Below are positions 17,706 to 28,128 of a DNA stretch of 38,298 nucleotides, piece after piece. The notes below the pieces were generated by a model, which was not told the DNA's origin, did no database searches, and saw nothing but the letters and a program-made list of their open reading frames with translations. Location of the stretch: positions 1 to 38,298 of IMG/VR virus record IMGVR_UViG_3300048599_000839. The stretch is one strand, 5' to 3'. The number at the start of each line of letters is the position of its first letter. Positions within the stretch are counted from its first letter, which is position 1. Both the position numbers and the translations under genes were made by a program. The stretch comes from a virus. Its lineage: Duplodnaviria > Caudoviricetes.

Positions 17706-18721
17706 TGGCGTATTCGAACACCAGGCTGCAGCGCCTGTATGTGCAACTCGAAACGGCTTTCGGCACAATCCCGAACGCTGCCGGCGTCGCCTCGCTGACT
17801 GGCAGTAATTGCTGCCGCATGTCGTCGCTCGACATGAACCAGACGCAGGACGAGATTGTCCGGTCCGACAAGACCGGATCTTTCGGCGCGACAGTGGGCA
17901 TCCTCAGCAGGCGCAAGAGTGACTGGTCCACCAAGATGAGCCTGGCTGCGAACGGCGCCGCCGGCGTGAAACCGGATATGGATCCATTTTTGGTTTCGTT
18001 GATGGGCAAAGCGGCAACAGTCAATGCAGCCTCGTCGGTCGTGTACTCGGTCGACGATCAAAGCCCGTCGCTCGATGTCTGGGACTTCAACACGCCCGGG
18101 AGCGTCACGCAACGCGTTGCTCTCGGGGCCATTACGCAGAAGGCCCAGTTTGACATCGGAGTAGACGAGCCCGCTGTGACGTTCTCCGGCCAGGCCCTGG
18201 CAACGCTCGATACGGACATGTTCTCCACCGCCGACGCGACAAGCAAAGGCGGCTTGACGGCTTTCCCGTCGGAACCAGCCACGCCGGTTACGAATGGCAT
18301 CGCGCCTCCTGGATTCACGGGCGTGATCACGCTGGACGGCCAGACGTACAACCTGTTTCGGACGGGCACCATCAATGTCGACATCGACCGCGAACTGCCG
18401 ATGGACGGCTTCAACTCGTTCTACGGGCTCCCGCCAGTTGCCGGTGCGCGCAACGTCGCAGTGGACTGGTCGATGTACGAGGATGACAGCGCGAACTTGA
18501 CCGCGCTGAAGCTAAAGGCGTACGCGGGAACGCCTGTAGCCCTAACCTTCCAGATTGGGACTGTGGCTGGCAGTATCTGGGTGTTTGCGCTGAAGAACGT
18601 GTTGCTCCCCAAGCCGAAGTTCGACTACTCGGGCAAGCGCCGCGTGATCTCTTTCAGTGGAGCCCGGGCCCACGATACGACCATCGGAGCGAAGGACGCT
18701 CTCTCGATCACCGTCCAGTAA
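17705..18721 (+). CDS. Major tail tube protein
   Basis: 338 aa beta-rich protein with an N-terminal LETAFGT motif, located before the chaperone and tape measure genes. Confidence 0.82.
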   Translation: MAYSNTRLQRLYVQLETAFGTIPNAAGVASLTGSNCCRMSSLDMNQTQDEIVRSDKTGSFGATVGILSRRKSDWSTKMSLAANGAAGVKPDMDPFLVSLMGKAATVNAASSVVYSVDDQSPSLDVWDFNTPGSVTQRVALGAITQKAQFDIGVDEPAVTFSGQALATLDTDMFSTADATSKGGLTAFPSEPATPVTNGIAPPGFTGVITLDGQTYNLFRTGTINVDIDRELPMDGFNSFYGLPPVAGARNVAVDWSMYEDDSANLTALKLKAYAGTPVALTFQIGTVAGSIWVFALKNVLLPKPKFDYSGKRRVISFSGARAHDTTIGAKDALSITVQ

Positions 18722-18733
18722 ATCCAGCAAGCC

Positions 18734-19249
18734 ATGAATATCGAAACCACTTTCACTCAGGACTCCCAGGCTTGCCCGGGAGTCCGCTTCACGATGCGCG
18801 TGCTGAACCAGTATCAGCGCTCGCTGCGCGACGCCAAGCTGATCGATGCGCGAGTGCATGTCAGCGAACTTTCGGCGCAGCTCGGACGGGTGGCCGATCC
18901 GGACGCCGAGATCCTGGAGATTCGGGCTCGCGCGAAGGCCGAGAACCGCGAGCTGACCGACGCCGAAGCGACGCGAGTTGATCAGATTGCAGCGGACCCG
19001 GCGGCCGCGGCGCCACGAATAGAGCGTGCCGTAATCGATCACCGCATTGCCTTGATCATGAACTCCGAGTTGAAGCCCGGCTATATCCGTGCGAGCCTGC
19101 TGGCGATCGACGGGCTGAAAATTGACGGCGAAGCGCCGAAAGAGCCGTGGGACGCCGTCATTCAAAAGGCGCCGGACGGGCTGCTGGATGAGCTGTACCT
19201 AGCTGCTCATCTAAATTCCGGGCTGACGCAGGCGCAGGAAAAAAACTGA
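18734..19249 (+). CDS. Tail assembly chaperone (gpG-like)
   Basis: Lies between tube and tape measure genes and ends in the slippery sequence GAA AAA AAC TGA. Confidence 0.8.
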   Translation: MNIETTFTQDSQACPGVRFTMRVLNQYQRSLRDAKLIDARVHVSELSAQLGRVADPDAEILEIRARAKAENRELTDAEATRVDQIAADPAAAAPRIERAVIDHRIALIMNSELKPGYIRASLLAIDGLKIDGEAPKEPWDAVIQKAPDGLLDELYLAAHLNSGLTQAQEKN

Positions 19250-19674
19250 CAGTTGCTCTCGCCTTCGCTCATTGCGGCGGCTGGGAGCAGGAGCAGTTCG
19301 ATTGCGAGGTCTGCCGGGCGCGCGAGCTGCATCGGCGTAAGAATTGCCGCAAGTACGCGGCAGCGGAGTATCGGGAAGACAGGCCCGACTGGTGGGTGCC
19401 GGAATACAAAACGCCGCACTTTACCTTCCGGGTGGACGATATTTCTTCGAACGAATGCCCGGTCTCACAGATCACTCCTGAGAGCCGCTGGCTGGTGCAA
19501 CTCCTCAGTAAGAATACCCGCATCAATAGAGGCACGTCCGCGCCGATGTACGGCATGGATTCGGGCCTGTGGCCGGCCTGGTGGTACGACGCCGTTGACA
19601 TCGCCCAGTATGTGAGCGACCTCGAGGAGTCTGCGGCCGACAAAGAGCGAGCTCGTAAACAGGAAAGACACTAA
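18734..19674 (+). CDS. Tail assembly chaperone long form (gpGT-like) made by -1 frameshift at A AAA AAC (19240-19246)
   Basis: The -1 frame is open from the slippery site (KLTVALAFAHCGGWEQ...WWVPEYKTP) to the TAA ending at 19674, and the tape measure ATG follows at 19676. Confidence 0.8.
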
Positions 19675-19675
19675 C

Positions 19676-22600
19676 ATGGGCGCAGCTGAATCCCTGGCAC
19701 TCGCAATCACTACCCAGACGACGGGCACCGCCGAGGTGGAGAAGCTCGTTGCCGCGCTAAACAAGTACGTCGACAAGGTCGACGAGGCGAAGAAGAAGTC
19801 CGAGCAGGCCCGGCCTAGGGCGACCGGCTTTGAACAGTTCGCGGATGGCGTTAAAAAGGCCATCGAGAACCCGCTGCAGGCGGCTGGAGATGCGGCGAAA
19901 GGATTTCTGGGGACCTTGGGTCCCGTGGGAACAGGGATTGCGGCTGCTGGTGCAAGTGCTGTCTTGTTCGGCGTTGAGGCTTTCGGAATGGCAAAGAGCC
20001 TCGGCGAACTGGGCGTCCAAGTTCAGAATGTGTCTCTTCGCACCGGACTGTCGACAAAGGAAGTTGGGCAGTTTTCCTTTGCCGCAAAAGTAGCCGGAGC
20101 GGATGTCTCGATTTTTGAAACCGCCATGCGCAAGCTCTCACAGGGGCTGGCGGATGGTTCGGAAGATGGAAAGAAAGCGCGTGAGGGACTCAGGGCCCTA
20201 GGCATCGAGGCACGCAATTCCGCGACGGGCGAGTTGAGGCCAATGTCGGAGATTTTTATGGAAATCTCCGCAGGCCTTAATCACCTCGGCGAAGCTGCGA
20301 ATCGCAATACGGCAGCAGTAAAGATCTTCGGGCGCGCCGGAATTGAACTAGTCCCAACCATGATGGGACTCTCGGAGAACATCGCCGAGGCGAAGAAATT
20401 GGGCCTTGGACTATCTGATGATGACGTTAAGAGATTCGAGAGTTACCACCGGCAGTCGCTTGAACTTGAATTGGTCTGGGACCGACTAAAACGGAAATTC
20501 AAGGATCCCATCGCCGCTACTATCCTGTTCTTCTTCAAGGACGGAAACGACGGACACACTATGACGCTCGATGAGTTCGAGCGTATTGAGGGTGTGCGCG
20601 TCCGCGGCGCCGACGCATTTCGCGGAAAGACGCCTCGACAGCAAGAAATCGATGCGGCACGGCTAGGCATGGTTTCGCCAGAGAGGCTAGCGCAGTCGCG
20701 CGAAGTGGATCTGCAGCGGATTGTGTCATTCGCCGATGATCGGGCCTCACGACGTCAAGGTAAGAATATTGTCGAACTCGGGCGGCGTCAGCATGATCGC
20801 AGTTCTGAGGGACTACAGCAATTACTCCTGGAGGCTCAGCACGCGGAAAGCGAGGCGTATTCCCAATTCGTCCAAAGCGAGGGCAAGCCCGCTCCGGAAG
20901 TACGAGAAAAGGAAAAGGCTTGGCACGCCGCAGCCCAGGAGGCTGCGCGCTATAAGGCGCAAGTAGACGCCGTAAAAGCAGCAGAAGAATCGCTACGCGG
21001 TGGTATCACCGCGGTTGCCTCTCAAGAGAAACGCGCCGCCGAATCCGGCTGGGGACCGATCCTGGCGCCCGTAGCGAAGGCGATGGCCGAACATGCGGAA
21101 ATCGTCGAGAAGCTGTCAAAGATTACCGACAACGCCCAGCGGGCAAACCTGACGGCCCGCGAGCAAAAGGCGTATTCGCAGATCGTCATCCCCTTGGCGC
21201 GCGATGCCGCGGCTAAGGAAAGGGAGATGTGGGTGACCTTTGAGAATGAAGCCGCGAAGGCCGGGGGCAAACAGCGATCGCTCACTTTGGAAGGTATCTG
21301 GAATTCCTATCTACAGGACGAAGGGGCGCGGCTCAGCGCGGATGAGCGAATCGAGCAGATCAATATTTCCTCGACCCGGGAGGACATCCTGCGACGTTCT
21401 GCTCGGGCTATGGGACTCGCAGAAACGCAGGCTCCCATCGGACAAGAGGACCAGGCGGCGATCGTCGCTATTCAGAAGCGCAAGCAGCTCGCCCAAGATC
21501 TTTACGACTTCGAGTTGGGTGAGGCGGCGAGAATCGTGGACTTTGACGAGCGGCGAGTCGCGCAGGCTCATGCACTCGCCGACTTCCGCAAGGCGGATCT
21601 CGATGTTCAGCTCGAGATGGAGCTGAAGGTTGCCGAAATCCAGCGGCAACGGGTGGAGCATTCTCGCGAGCTCGCCGGCAACTTCTACGATTCCATGCGG
21701 GCAGGGCGTCTGCCCGACTTCTTCCGCCAGCAAGGCGAGGATCTTCTGAAGGGCGTGTTCGTCAACGCGACCTCTGGCATGTTCCAGAAGGGACTCGGTG
21801 TTCTCGGCGACGTTGGCAAGGCCTCCGGTATGGGTAGCCTGTTTACGAACACGTTGCTCGACCCACGAAACGCCGCGCTTGCGGACAATACCGCCGCCCT
21901 GAATACTCTCACGAGCGCGATCACCGGCACGGCAGTTGGAGGAGCTGCCATCGCGTCCGGATCCACGAACGGCATTCTCGGCAGGATTGGCCGGCTCTTT
22001 GGAATCGGCGGCGGGACGCCAATTGTCAACTACGATCAGTACGGCATACCGTCCGCCGGCCTGGCTGGCGGCGCCGAACTCAATTATGCGAACTCGCTGT
22101 ACGGCTCTCCCTTCGGAGACATTGGGGGCGCGGCGGCGCAATCCAGCGGAATCGCCTCCTATCTGAAATCCGCGAACTTCGCCAAGACGATTGGAATCAC
22201 GGCCGCCGCGGTGGCTGGCACGATGGGCATCATCGGAGGAATCAAGGAGGGTGGTGCGCGCGGCGGTGTTGCGGCTGGCGGATCCCTTGCGGGGGCGGCC
22301 GGCGGCATACTCGCAATGGCCGGTGTGTCGGGTCCCGCCGCTCCAATCCTCGCGGGTGTCGGCCTCGCCCTTGGCGTCATCACTTCGCTCTTTGGGGACC
22401 CGAAGCAAAACCGCGCGAACCAGATCAACGAAGAGTTGCGCAGCGCGCTCTACATGGCGCCGCCGTCGGTATCCGTAAACTCCGATATTACCGGGGCACA
22501 GACCCGGAGGAATCGCGCAGGCCAGATTGAGTCGACACCGTGGGACGCGTTCCGCTACCAGGTTGAGGACCCGTACTACCTCGCCAGCTCCGGGAGCCGA

Positions 22601-22774
22601 AGGAACGAGATCGTCCCGGGGACCGTGAACTATTTCAACATCACCATGCCGATCCACGCCATAGACGTAAAGAGCGTGATTGACCGGCGTAACGATCTTG
22701 CGGCTGCGGTTCAGCAGGCGATGCAAGAGGGCCACGCAATCAGTTATCAGGTCAGGGCTGCTGCAGGCCGGTAA
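19676..22774 (+). CDS. Tail tape measure protein
   Basis: 1032 aa, Ala-rich helical and coiled-coil, with a Gly-rich hydrophobic C-terminal region, in the canonical position. Confidence 0.93.
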   Translation: MGAAESLALAITTQTTGTAEVEKLVAALNKYVDKVDEAKKKSEQARPRATGFEQFADGVKKAIENPLQAAGDAAKGFLGTLGPVGTGIAAAGASAVLFGVEAFGMAKSLGELGVQVQNVSLRTGLSTKEVGQFSFAAKVAGADVSIFETAMRKLSQGLADGSEDGKKAREGLRALGIEARNSATGELRPMSEIFMEISAGLNHLGEAANRNTAAVKIFGRAGIELVPTMMGLSENIAEAKKLGLGLSDDDVKRFESYHRQSLELELVWDRLKRKFKDPIAATILFFFKDGNDGHTMTLDEFERIEGVRVRGADAFRGKTPRQQEIDAARLGMVSPERLAQSREVDLQRIVSFADDRASRRQGKNIVELGRRQHDRSSEGLQQLLLEAQHAESEAYSQFVQSEGKPAPEVREKEKAWHAAAQEAARYKAQVDAVKAAEESLRGGITAVASQEKRAAESGWGPILAPVAKAMAEHAEIVEKLSKITDNAQRANLTAREQKAYSQIVIPLARDAAAKEREMWVTFENEAAKAGGKQRSLTLEGIWNSYLQDEGARLSADERIEQINISSTREDILRRSARAMGLAETQAPIGQEDQAAIVAIQKRKQLAQDLYDFELGEAARIVDFDERRVAQAHALADFRKADLDVQLEMELKVAEIQRQRVEHSRELAGNFYDSMRAGRLPDFFRQQGEDLLKGVFVNATSGMFQKGLGVLGDVGKASGMGSLFTNTLLDPRNAALADNTAALNTLTSAITGTAVGGAAIASGSTNGILGRIGRLFGIGGGTPIVNYDQYGIPSAGLAGGAELNYANSLYGSPFGDIGGAAAQSSGIASYLKSANFAKTIGITAAAVAGTMGIIGGIKEGGARGGVAAGGSLAGAAGGILAMAGVSGPAAPILAGVGLALGVITSLFGDPKQNRANQINEELRSALYMAPPSVSVNSDITGAQTRRNRAGQIESTPWDAFRYQVEDPYYLASSGSRRNEIVPGTVNYFNITMPIHAIDVKSVIDRRNDLAAAVQQAMQEGHAISYQVRAAAGR

Positions 22775-22777
22775 GGA

Positions 22778-23137
22778 ATGGCATCTCTCCCTACAGTCCG
22801 CAACGGGGTGGCCGCGCTCTATCCGCTGGAGCGCACGTACGCCTTCCGAACTACGGTCAAGCAGTTCTGCGACGACAGCGAGCAGCGCTGGCGCGTACGG
22901 GGCTCCGGGCTTGCGCGCTTTAAGCTCACGTATCGGCGGATCTCGGCCAGCAATGTAAACTCGTTGCTGGCCTTCTGGCGCACCTCGAAGGGCGCATGGG
23001 ACTCGACATGGAGTGTCTTCATCGATGGCGTCACATATCCGAATATGTACTTCACCGATGACAACTTTTCCCTCGAGGAAACGGACCCGGGGTTATTCAG
23101 CCTCACCCTCACATGCGCGCAGTGGAGGAGCAACTAG
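22778..23137 (+). CDS. Distal tail protein (DUF2460/gpM-like)
   Basis: FRTTVKQFCDDSEQRW, LLAFW...KGAWDSTW; directly follows the tape measure gene. Confidence 0.7.
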   Translation: MASLPTVRNGVAALYPLERTYAFRTTVKQFCDDSEQRWRVRGSGLARFKLTYRRISASNVNSLLAFWRTSKGAWDSTWSVFIDGVTYPNMYFTDDNFSLEETDPGLFSLTLTCAQWRSN

Positions 23138-24459
23138 TGGCTGTCTTCCCGGCACTGAGAGACGGCGTACGAGCGCAGTACCCGAACGCTGTGACGTTCG
23201 AGCACCTGACCAGCCAGGCGAACCTACCGTCAGGCGTCCACATCGCCTCTGCGTGGCGCACAGAGCCGTTGATGCGGTACACCTTGAACCTCACGGCTCT
23301 CACGGACGCCGAAGTGGCGACGCTCGAGGGGTTCTTCCGGGCCCGGCAAGGCCGTTTCGAGCAGTTCACATACATCGACCCAACGGCAAACCTGCTCAAG
23401 TACTCGGAGGATTTCTCGCAGACTGAATGGACGAAAGCCTGTAGCGTCGGCGCCGCCACGGATGACCCATTTGGCGGAACGTCCGCGACGGTTCTCGCGG
23501 GCGACGGGTCCGGTAATTCGAGCCTGCGGCAAACGGTCTCTCTCGACGCCGGCGTTGCAGGCAGCCCGGCGTGCTTTTCCGTTTATCTGCGGGCGGTCAC
23601 TGCGGCCGGATCAATCAATGTCTCGGTCACCGACGGAACGAACACAGTCACGCGCGCGTGCGCTCTTTCCACGACGGGCTGGTCGCGTGCGGTTGTCCCG
23701 TGGACGTTCGGCGCGACGGGCCTGGCCACGGTGTCCATCTCCGGCGGAGGATGGACGGGTACCAGCCAGATCGCGGTCTATGGCCCGATGTTCTGCATGA
23801 CGCCGGGACCGGCGGCGTATGTCGCGACGCCCGCGTTCTATGCCGTACACCCACGCTGCCGCTTTGACCAGGACGAGTTCGTGGCGACCTATCGGGGGCC
23901 GAATCAAACCGACGTGACCTTGAAGATTGCGGAGTTTTACCAATATCAGCAGCTCCCAATTGCGAGCGCCACTCTTCATACACTTACTTCATTTGTGAAG
24001 GGCGGCGCTGGCACAGCTGTTGTCTCTCTGGCTGATAGTCCTTTATCTGAGAGTAGCAGGATTGACGGTGGCAGTTCTGATTATACGCTCCACACGTGCA
24101 ATTATTCAGTACCTTCTCCGACTTGGGATAGCTTGAACGCGTTGAAGGTGTGGTGCTGGGACTTTTATACTGCTGCTGCAGATATCGATGGCACGTATCA
24201 TAACATTCCGGGGCCGTGCCAACTCCTCATTTACGATGTCTGGATTGATGTGACCTATGTTGACGGTTCCACGGGAGTATGGAGGCCGTGCGTGGCGGCA
24301 TTAGTTAATCCAGCGAGTTCATATGGCCTCGTGTCCAGCCCTGGAAATGCTATTGACACAGACAACGCCACTTACGCAACGATCGACCGATTCGCGTTTC
24401 ATCCGCTGGCTGACTACGACATTTGCGGCCTCGCCCTGTCTGATTTCTACCGGTCATGA
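23137..24459 (+). CDS. Second DUF2460-like distal tail protein with carbohydrate-binding-type insertion and AT-richer C-terminal extension
   Basis: LEGFFRARQGRFEQFTYIDP, then NLLKYSEDFS...W (CBM-like), then CRFDQD. GTG 23137 overlaps the upstream TAG. Confidence 0.7.
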   Translation: MAVFPALRDGVRAQYPNAVTFEHLTSQANLPSGVHIASAWRTEPLMRYTLNLTALTDAEVATLEGFFRARQGRFEQFTYIDPTANLLKYSEDFSQTEWTKACSVGAATDDPFGGTSATVLAGDGSGNSSLRQTVSLDAGVAGSPACFSVYLRAVTAAGSINVSVTDGTNTVTRACALSTTGWSRAVVPWTFGATGLATVSISGGGWTGTSQIAVYGPMFCMTPGPAAYVATPAFYAVHPRCRFDQDEFVATYRGPNQTDVTLKIAEFYQYQQLPIASATLHTLTSFVKGGAGTAVVSLADSPLSESSRIDGGSSDYTLHTCNYSVPSPTWDSLNALKVWCWDFYTAAADIDGTYHNIPGPCQLLIYDVWIDVTYVDGSTGVWRPCVAALVNPASSYGLVSSPGNAIDTDNATYATIDRFAFHPLADYDICGLALSDFYRS

Positions 24460-27400
24460 GCACTATTGCCGAGATCAAGGAAGCATCGCAGACCTACCAG
24501 CCGCTCGTGTTGGTGGAGTTTACGTTTGCGGATGGAAGCATTGAGCGCTTCTGCACGCACTCGCTCACGGAGGCTGGCGGCAACTTCCAGTACAGCGGAA
24601 ACGATTACCAGGGGCGCGTGATCGCGCACAATATCCAGCCCATTGGAGCTTCACAGCAGGGGTTCTCGATGCCGCCTTCGGCGTCGATTACGTTGGCCGA
24701 TGATGACCGATGGGTATACCAGAACTGCGAGATGGCGAAGGGCTTCGGTGGGGCGCAGATGCTCCTGCGCTTCATCGCCTGGGACGCCGGAACCGATACC
24801 TATTCGAGCGACTGTTACTTCCCGTTCGTCGGGACATGCAGCCAGCCGAGCGGCTCCGACACTGATTTGCAAGTCTCCGCAGTGTCGCTCATCAACATGA
24901 CCGGGACGAAGTTCCCGCCGCTGGTGGTGCAGAGACTATGCCCCAACCAGTTCCCCGCGACGGCGGCGCAGCGGCAGGACGGCGCGGACAATATCGACTC
25001 ATGGTACTACCCGTGCGGGTACTCCCCTGATGCTGCGGGTGGAAACGCCTGCGGAAATTGCGAGAGCGGCACCACACCGTTTACGTCGTGCGGCTACACG
25101 AAGGCCGATTGCGTCGCGCGCGGCATGTATACTGCGGACTCGGCCTCGCGCCAAACAGGGCGGTTTGGTGGCTTCCAGTGGGACCCTGCTACCTATGTTC
25201 GATCTGAGTCCTACACCGAGGATTCATGGTCGGACATCTTCTCCGACCCCAACACCGCGAAGTACGGCCAGCCGGTGCCGATGGTCTACGGTGCGCAGTG
25301 GGTCAAGGGACTCGTCATCCACACAGAGGGCGATGCCAATTCCACGCGCGCCGAAGTGCTCTTGTGCTCGGGCCGGGTCAGCGGCATCGCGCAGCTGATC
25401 TGCAACGGAGAGACCGTACCCGCGGCGAACACAGTGGATGGCGAGACCTACAATGTCGCCGATGAGCTGTTCCGTTACAACGTCGTGAATAGCGGCCGTC
25501 GCTCTGGCGCACCCTGCGCGGACGCTGGATTTGACGCAAAGGGTGATCCGTTCGGATCAATGTGCGTGGTTGAAGTAGTAGTGCCGCGCTCTCTCGTAGC
25601 GTCGCCCTCATCGCCAGACGTTCAGGCGCTCATCTACGGCCCGATTCTTGTCCAGTTCGCCGCGATCTCTCAGGTCGTGGTGTCCGGCGGCGTGGCGACG
25701 GCCGCCATTGCAACCGACATCGCAGACGGAACATTCAACTCTGGCTTTGACGTCACGATCATCGGTAACGCATGCGCTGGCCTGAATGCAACCTGGCACA
25801 TTGCGGGCACTGGCTGGAATAGCCGGATGCTGACCTGGACCGCAACGGGCGTTGCCGACGGGACATACGCGGGTGGCTTCGTTCGCTACCGTGGATACAC
25901 AGCCAGCCCCGTGTGGGTTCTCTACGATCTGCTGACATATGGCGGCTTCGATTACACCACGGTCGACCTGTCGACATTTGCAGCCGTCGATGCGTATTGC
26001 GCTCAAGCGGTCAGCTACAAGAAGTCGGACGGTAGCACCGGGAGCCATCCGCGCTTTCGCGTCGGTTGGGCCATCACACAGCAACGCTCTCTCGGCGAGG
26101 CTGTGCGCGATGCGCTCGCCAGTTTCGGCGGGATGCTCTGCCATTCGCCGACGACGGGGCTCTTGGAACTGCACATCAAGCGGACGCTTGCGGAGCAACA
26201 GCCGTCCCCCGTTGAAGGCTCGAACTACAGCAGGCCTATCACGTCAGTGCATGCCGATGGAACGGCGGGAACAGGATATGCCGCGTATTTGTTCGACGTG
26301 GGTTCGATCCTGCGCGAGAACAAGAAGGCCCAGATATCGCTGGTGCCCAGGCAGAATTCGGACCTTCAAAACTCCTATTCGATCTCGTTCCAGGACGCTG
26401 AAAATCAGTACGTCGCGGACACCTACGAAGTGACGGACTCCGACGCCGTCGCACGCATGGGGCAACTCCTCAACGCGACGATGCCGGGAATTCCACCGAC
26501 CACGTATGATCAAGCCCAGCGCGCGGCAAACCAGATGCTCGGAGAGAACCTGCGCTGCAACGCGCGGCTCGATCCATCGGGCAGCACTCGCGTCGAGATC
26601 GAGACGACGTTCAAGGCCGTGCACCTACGGCAAGGCCACATCGTTCTCCTGACGTGGGAGCGGTTGGGCATCGAAGGGCAGATGTTCCGCGTTATGTCGG
26701 TCCAGCCAACGACGAACTGGGAGACGGCTAAGATTGTCCTGCAATGGCACGAAGACATCGTGTGGACGGATGCGTACGGACAGGGAAATATCCCGGAGTC
26801 CCGGGCGGCGAACGCGGGCAAAACTTCGGGGCTGCCGTATCCTCCACTGATCAGCCGGGGTTGGATCGGCTACCCGGGCGTGGATGCCCTGCGTCCCGAC
26901 GAACACGGCATGTATGGCATCTGGTCGGACGCGAGCTGGGCCACGTCTACGAGCCGCGCGGCCCGCTTCTGGTGTTTCCCGGCGATCAACTCGTTCTCGC
27001 CCATAGCGCGGCCCAAGACGCTCATCACCGGAACCTCACTTTCTACCGGTGGCGCATTCGCCGGCGGAAAGAGCTATTGGGTATGGATCTCAGCCGAGGA
27101 TGCTGACGGTATGCTCACGTCTCCCGTCATGGCCCGCGTAGACGTGCCGTCGGGCACCACTACGAACTCGCTCACGGTCCCATCCATCGTCTGGGATGCG
27201 GATAGCGTAGCCTATCACGTCTGGGTCTCCGATACTCCCGCGCGGCCCTATTATTACGGTCGTTCGGTCGGGGCTCCGGCGAATATCACGCTCACGGCTG
27301 GGCTGCAATCCACTCTAAGCACGCAACTGCCATTACCCGACCCATCCGTCGCCGGCATGCGGATCAAACTCAAGCGAGTGCTCATTCCGGGAGCGTGGGA

Positions 27401-28127
27401 AGGTGCAATTACTTCCGCGACCTCTTCCAGCATCAGCTGCTCGGGCGCGGGCTGGGCTGCAAATAGATGGGCTGGTCGCATTGTGACAATGGTGGGTCGG
27501 GCGAACCCCGCCACGCGCGTTGACAACCCGCCCATGAACTCATGGACGATCGCATCGAACACGGCAGACACGCTGACCCTGGCGGCTGGTGGGGCAAACC
27601 CGACGGCGTTCTTTGATGGCGCTTACACAGACTGTTACGTCGTCATCAGATGCGCGACTACATCGGCGTCGGCCAACACGATCGAGGATTCGAGTCTGGC
27701 GTTGGGCGCCAACTCCCAAAGATTGCGCCTGGTGCGCATCATCAAGGGGACCGGCATCGGACAGACGGCATCCATCGACGCCAACACGGCTACTGTATTG
27801 ACGGTCTCGCCAGCCTGGGCGACAGTGCCCGATGAGACATCGGTATTCTGGATCGAAGAACCAGCGTGGATCTCGAAGACGGACTACGCGCTCAAAAACG
27901 CCCACTGGAGCTACACGTTCGATTCGGAGTCGGCGCAATATTCCATCGACATCACGGGTCTGGCGAAAACGCATCTGCTGATGCAGCCGCTCGGCATTGA
28001 TGCGAATGGGCGCGAGACTACGGAGGCGTTGGCTTACCCGTCGATCTCCGACATGTACTTCAGCCTCGACGCGATCACTGACACGGTCGAACTCGCAATT
28101 GACGCCTTGGATTTCTTGGTGAACTAG
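24456..28127 (+). CDS. Tail tip / host-specificity protein (gpL-like Cys cluster fused to gpJ-like hub)
   Basis: 1223 aa with RLCPNQFP..CGY..C..CGYTKADC, VPMVYG and SISFQDAENQY motifs, and tandem C-terminal beta repeats (IASNTADTLT, IDANTATVLT). Confidence 0.85.
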   Translation: MSTIAEIKEASQTYQPLVLVEFTFADGSIERFCTHSLTEAGGNFQYSGNDYQGRVIAHNIQPIGASQQGFSMPPSASITLADDDRWVYQNCEMAKGFGGAQMLLRFIAWDAGTDTYSSDCYFPFVGTCSQPSGSDTDLQVSAVSLINMTGTKFPPLVVQRLCPNQFPATAAQRQDGADNIDSWYYPCGYSPDAAGGNACGNCESGTTPFTSCGYTKADCVARGMYTADSASRQTGRFGGFQWDPATYVRSESYTEDSWSDIFSDPNTAKYGQPVPMVYGAQWVKGLVIHTEGDANSTRAEVLLCSGRVSGIAQLICNGETVPAANTVDGETYNVADELFRYNVVNSGRRSGAPCADAGFDAKGDPFGSMCVVEVVVPRSLVASPSSPDVQALIYGPILVQFAAISQVVVSGGVATAAIATDIADGTFNSGFDVTIIGNACAGLNATWHIAGTGWNSRMLTWTATGVADGTYAGGFVRYRGYTASPVWVLYDLLTYGGFDYTTVDLSTFAAVDAYCAQAVSYKKSDGSTGSHPRFRVGWAITQQRSLGEAVRDALASFGGMLCHSPTTGLLELHIKRTLAEQQPSPVEGSNYSRPITSVHADGTAGTGYAAYLFDVGSILRENKKAQISLVPRQNSDLQNSYSISFQDAENQYVADTYEVTDSDAVARMGQLLNATMPGIPPTTYDQAQRAANQMLGENLRCNARLDPSGSTRVEIETTFKAVHLRQGHIVLLTWERLGIEGQMFRVMSVQPTTNWETAKIVLQWHEDIVWTDAYGQGNIPESRAANAGKTSGLPYPPLISRGWIGYPGVDALRPDEHGMYGIWSDASWATSTSRAARFWCFPAINSFSPIARPKTLITGTSLSTGGAFAGGKSYWVWISAEDADGMLTSPVMARVDVPSGTTTNSLTVPSIVWDADSVAYHVWVSDTPARPYYYGRSVGAPANITLTAGLQSTLSTQLPLPDPSVAGMRIKLKRVLIPGAWEGAITSATSSSISCSGAGWAANRWAGRIVTMVGRANPATRVDNPPMNSWTIASNTADTLTLAAGGANPTAFFDGAYTDCYVVIRCATTSASANTIEDSSLALGANSQRLRLVRIIKGTGIGQTASIDANTATVLTVSPAWATVPDETSVFWIEEPAWISKTDYALKNAHWSYTFDSESAQYSIDITGLAKTHLLMQPLGIDANGRETTEALAYPSISDMYFSLDAITDTVELAIDALDFLVN

Positions 28128-28128
28128 C

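Noticed and set aside
21311-22735. 474 aa minus-strand ORF
   Set aside because: Shadow of the tape measure gene.
23941-24450. Intein or intron as the source of the AT-richer insert
   Set aside because: No Cys/Ser start with a His-Asn end, no endonuclease motif, and the reading frame is uninterrupted.
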